A stretch of DNA of 63,911 nucleotides, the filler included, from Octopus bimaculoides (taxonomy: Eukaryota), in NCBI RefSeq assembly GCF_001194135.2. It is 9 parts of 9 records of this genome, joined end to end, with 100 filler letters (N's around TTAATTAATTAA, not from the genome) between each part and the next. Parts side by side here need not be neighbours in the genome. Positions count along the whole stretch, not along the records: positions 60,755 to 62,765 come from NC_069008.1; positions 62,866 to 63,911 come from NC_068984.1; 7 more parts are not named here. The stretch is one strand, 5' to 3'. Positions 62,181 to 63,911 of this stretch are shown here, piece after piece. Each line of letters opens with the position of its first letter. Position 1 is the first letter of the stretch. The position numbers and the translations under genes are program-made. The notes under the pieces are model-generated. The model was not told the origin of the DNA. It did not search any database and worked only from the letters and a program-made list of their open reading frames with translations.

Positions 62181-63123
62181 AAATAATTTGTATATAAATT
62201 TAGTATTTGCTGACGAAGATATATAGAATACAACTAAACATTTATTTACTGATATTAGGGGTTCTGAACATTTAGTACAGTAATAACAATGAGCTGAACT
62301 TGAAATTTAACTTTAGTGGCTTTTTCAACTGTTTAAACAAGACAAAAACGGGAAACTTTGAGTGCCAACCAATTAAGGAAAAAAAATCAGTATGGCTATC
62401 TGTCTGTCTGCTTGTCTATCTAATCTATCTGTCTGTCTCTGTCCTGTCTATTTAATCTATCTATCTATCTATCTATCCATCTATCTATCTAATCTATGCA
62501 CACACACATATATATACACATACACATATATATTTAAGGGTGTAGACATATACACAAGCATACATGCATATCTCCATACTTAATCAGCCAATGAAGCAAA
62601 ACAACTATATTACATATATCTTTGTATTAATTCTTGGGAGAGAATACATTTGCGGCTGAAGATAGCTTTATACTATCAATTATACACCAATAATGATGCA
62701 ACGACTATAAAGCTTGAAACACGTGTACCGCAGAATCCTTTGTGTTTTGGTTTTATTTTTACATTNNNNNNNNNNNNNNNNNNNNNNNNNNNNNNNNNNN
62801 NNNNNNNNNTTAATTAATTAANNNNNNNNNNNNNNNNNNNNNNNNNNNNNNNNNNNNNNNNNNNNACATAAAAAATGAAATTGAATCAAAGAAATAGATA
62901 AAAAAAGAATTTTTTTTCTGGAATTTTCTAAATGATATAGACAGAAATAAAAATAATTTTTAATTTTCCTTTCGGTTGTTTTTAATTAATAACTTTGTGG
63001 GCTGTTTTTTTTTTTATTATTATTTTGTTGTTTTTGTTTTTTATATATATAGTATTGTAGTGTATTTCGATGTTAAAAGTACTTTCCAATCCCAGCCAAG
63101 CGGAAATGTGAATATTCTAACAT

Positions 63124-63124
63124 C

Positions 63125-63196
<72 letters not shown>
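63124..63196. repeat. (CTA)n microsatellite
   Basis: Direct reading. Confidence 0.95.
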
Positions 63197-63197
<1 letters not shown>

Positions 63198-63290
63198 AAA
63201 CTGCTGCAGTATACTGAACACATTGCAAATGATTCAGTGAGTAAAATAATGTAAATAATGTGTGTGTGTGTTTGTGAATAGTTTTATTGG

Positions 63291-63393
63291 CAGAAGTTAC
63301 AAACGTGCCTCAAGAGCCAGGAGTTTCGTGCATGGGACCCGGTAAATGCCATATATGATTCTCTCAGCTCTTGAGACAGTTTTGTAACTTCTG
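63291..63393. repeat. 27-bp imperfect inverted repeat with a 49-bp spacer
   Basis: CAGAAGTTACAAACGTGCCTCAAGAGC matches the reverse complement of 63367-63393 at 24 of 27 positions. Confidence 0.85.
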
Positions 63394-63431
63394 GTGGTTA
63401 AAAATAAAAGAATATATATAATACTGTGTAA

Positions 63432-63470
<39 letters not shown>

Positions 63471-63511
63471 GCAGACACATACACACAAACACATATATGT
63501 ATAAGTACATA

Positions 63512-63904
63512 TACTTTTATTTGTTTCAGTCATTTGACTGTGGCCATGCTGGTGCACTGCCTTTAGTCGAGCAAGTCGACCACAGGACTTATTCTTCGTA
63601 AGCCTAGTATTTACTTTATCGGTCTCTTTTGCCAAACTGCTAAGTTAAGGGGACGTAAACACACCAGCATCGGTTGTCAAGTGATGGTGGGGGACAAACA
63701 CAGACACAAAAACATATACACATACACACATATATATATATGATGAGCTTCTTTCAGTTTCCATCTACGAAATCCACTCACAAGGCTTTGGTTCGCCTGA
63801 AGCTATAGAAGAACACATTTACCCAAGGTGCCACGCAGCGGGACTGAACCCAGAACCATATGGTTGCTAAGCAAGCTAATTACCACACAGCCACTCCTGC
63901 TCCT
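63512..63904 (-). mobile_element. SINE family A, full length
   Basis: Complete tail, insert and head, ending ACCACACAGCCACTCCTGCTCCT on the plus strand. Confidence 0.92.
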
Positions 63905-63911
63905 ATATATA

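Overview
AT-rich, repeat-dense eukaryotic draft scaffold with many N gaps. The SINE families and microsatellite load are most consistent with an octopus (coleoid cephalopod) genome; this is inference. I found no CRISPR array, no operon and no recognisable conserved host gene, and most ORFs in the supplied track are artefacts of microsatellites, satellite DNA or gaps. The window holds decayed transposable elements (R4/Dong-like, CR1-like and CRE-like LINEs, Penelope-like elements, a Gypsy LTR 5' end, maT/mariner, pogo and Academ-like DNA transposons), at least three tRNA-derived SINE families and a ~10 kb ACG(A/T) satellite. Best leads: (1) a full-length 5S rRNA joined to a full-length tRNA-SINE inside one perfect 18-bp target-site duplication (52135-52679); (2) an intact orphan 177-aa ORF with an Arg/Lys/Ser-rich N-half and an acidic C-half, upstream CRE motifs, a strong Kozak context and a poly(A) signal (18525-19058); (3) a Penelope-like RT carrying an N-terminal Ulp1/C48-like protease domain (57450-58870); (4) a CpG-saturated satellite with a ~3.5-3.7 kb higher-order repeat (33852-44008); (5) a ~305-bp near-perfect inverted duplication inside a CR1-like LINE. 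All translations and alignments were done by eye. Family names are motif-based, not database results, and many element boundaries are approximate.
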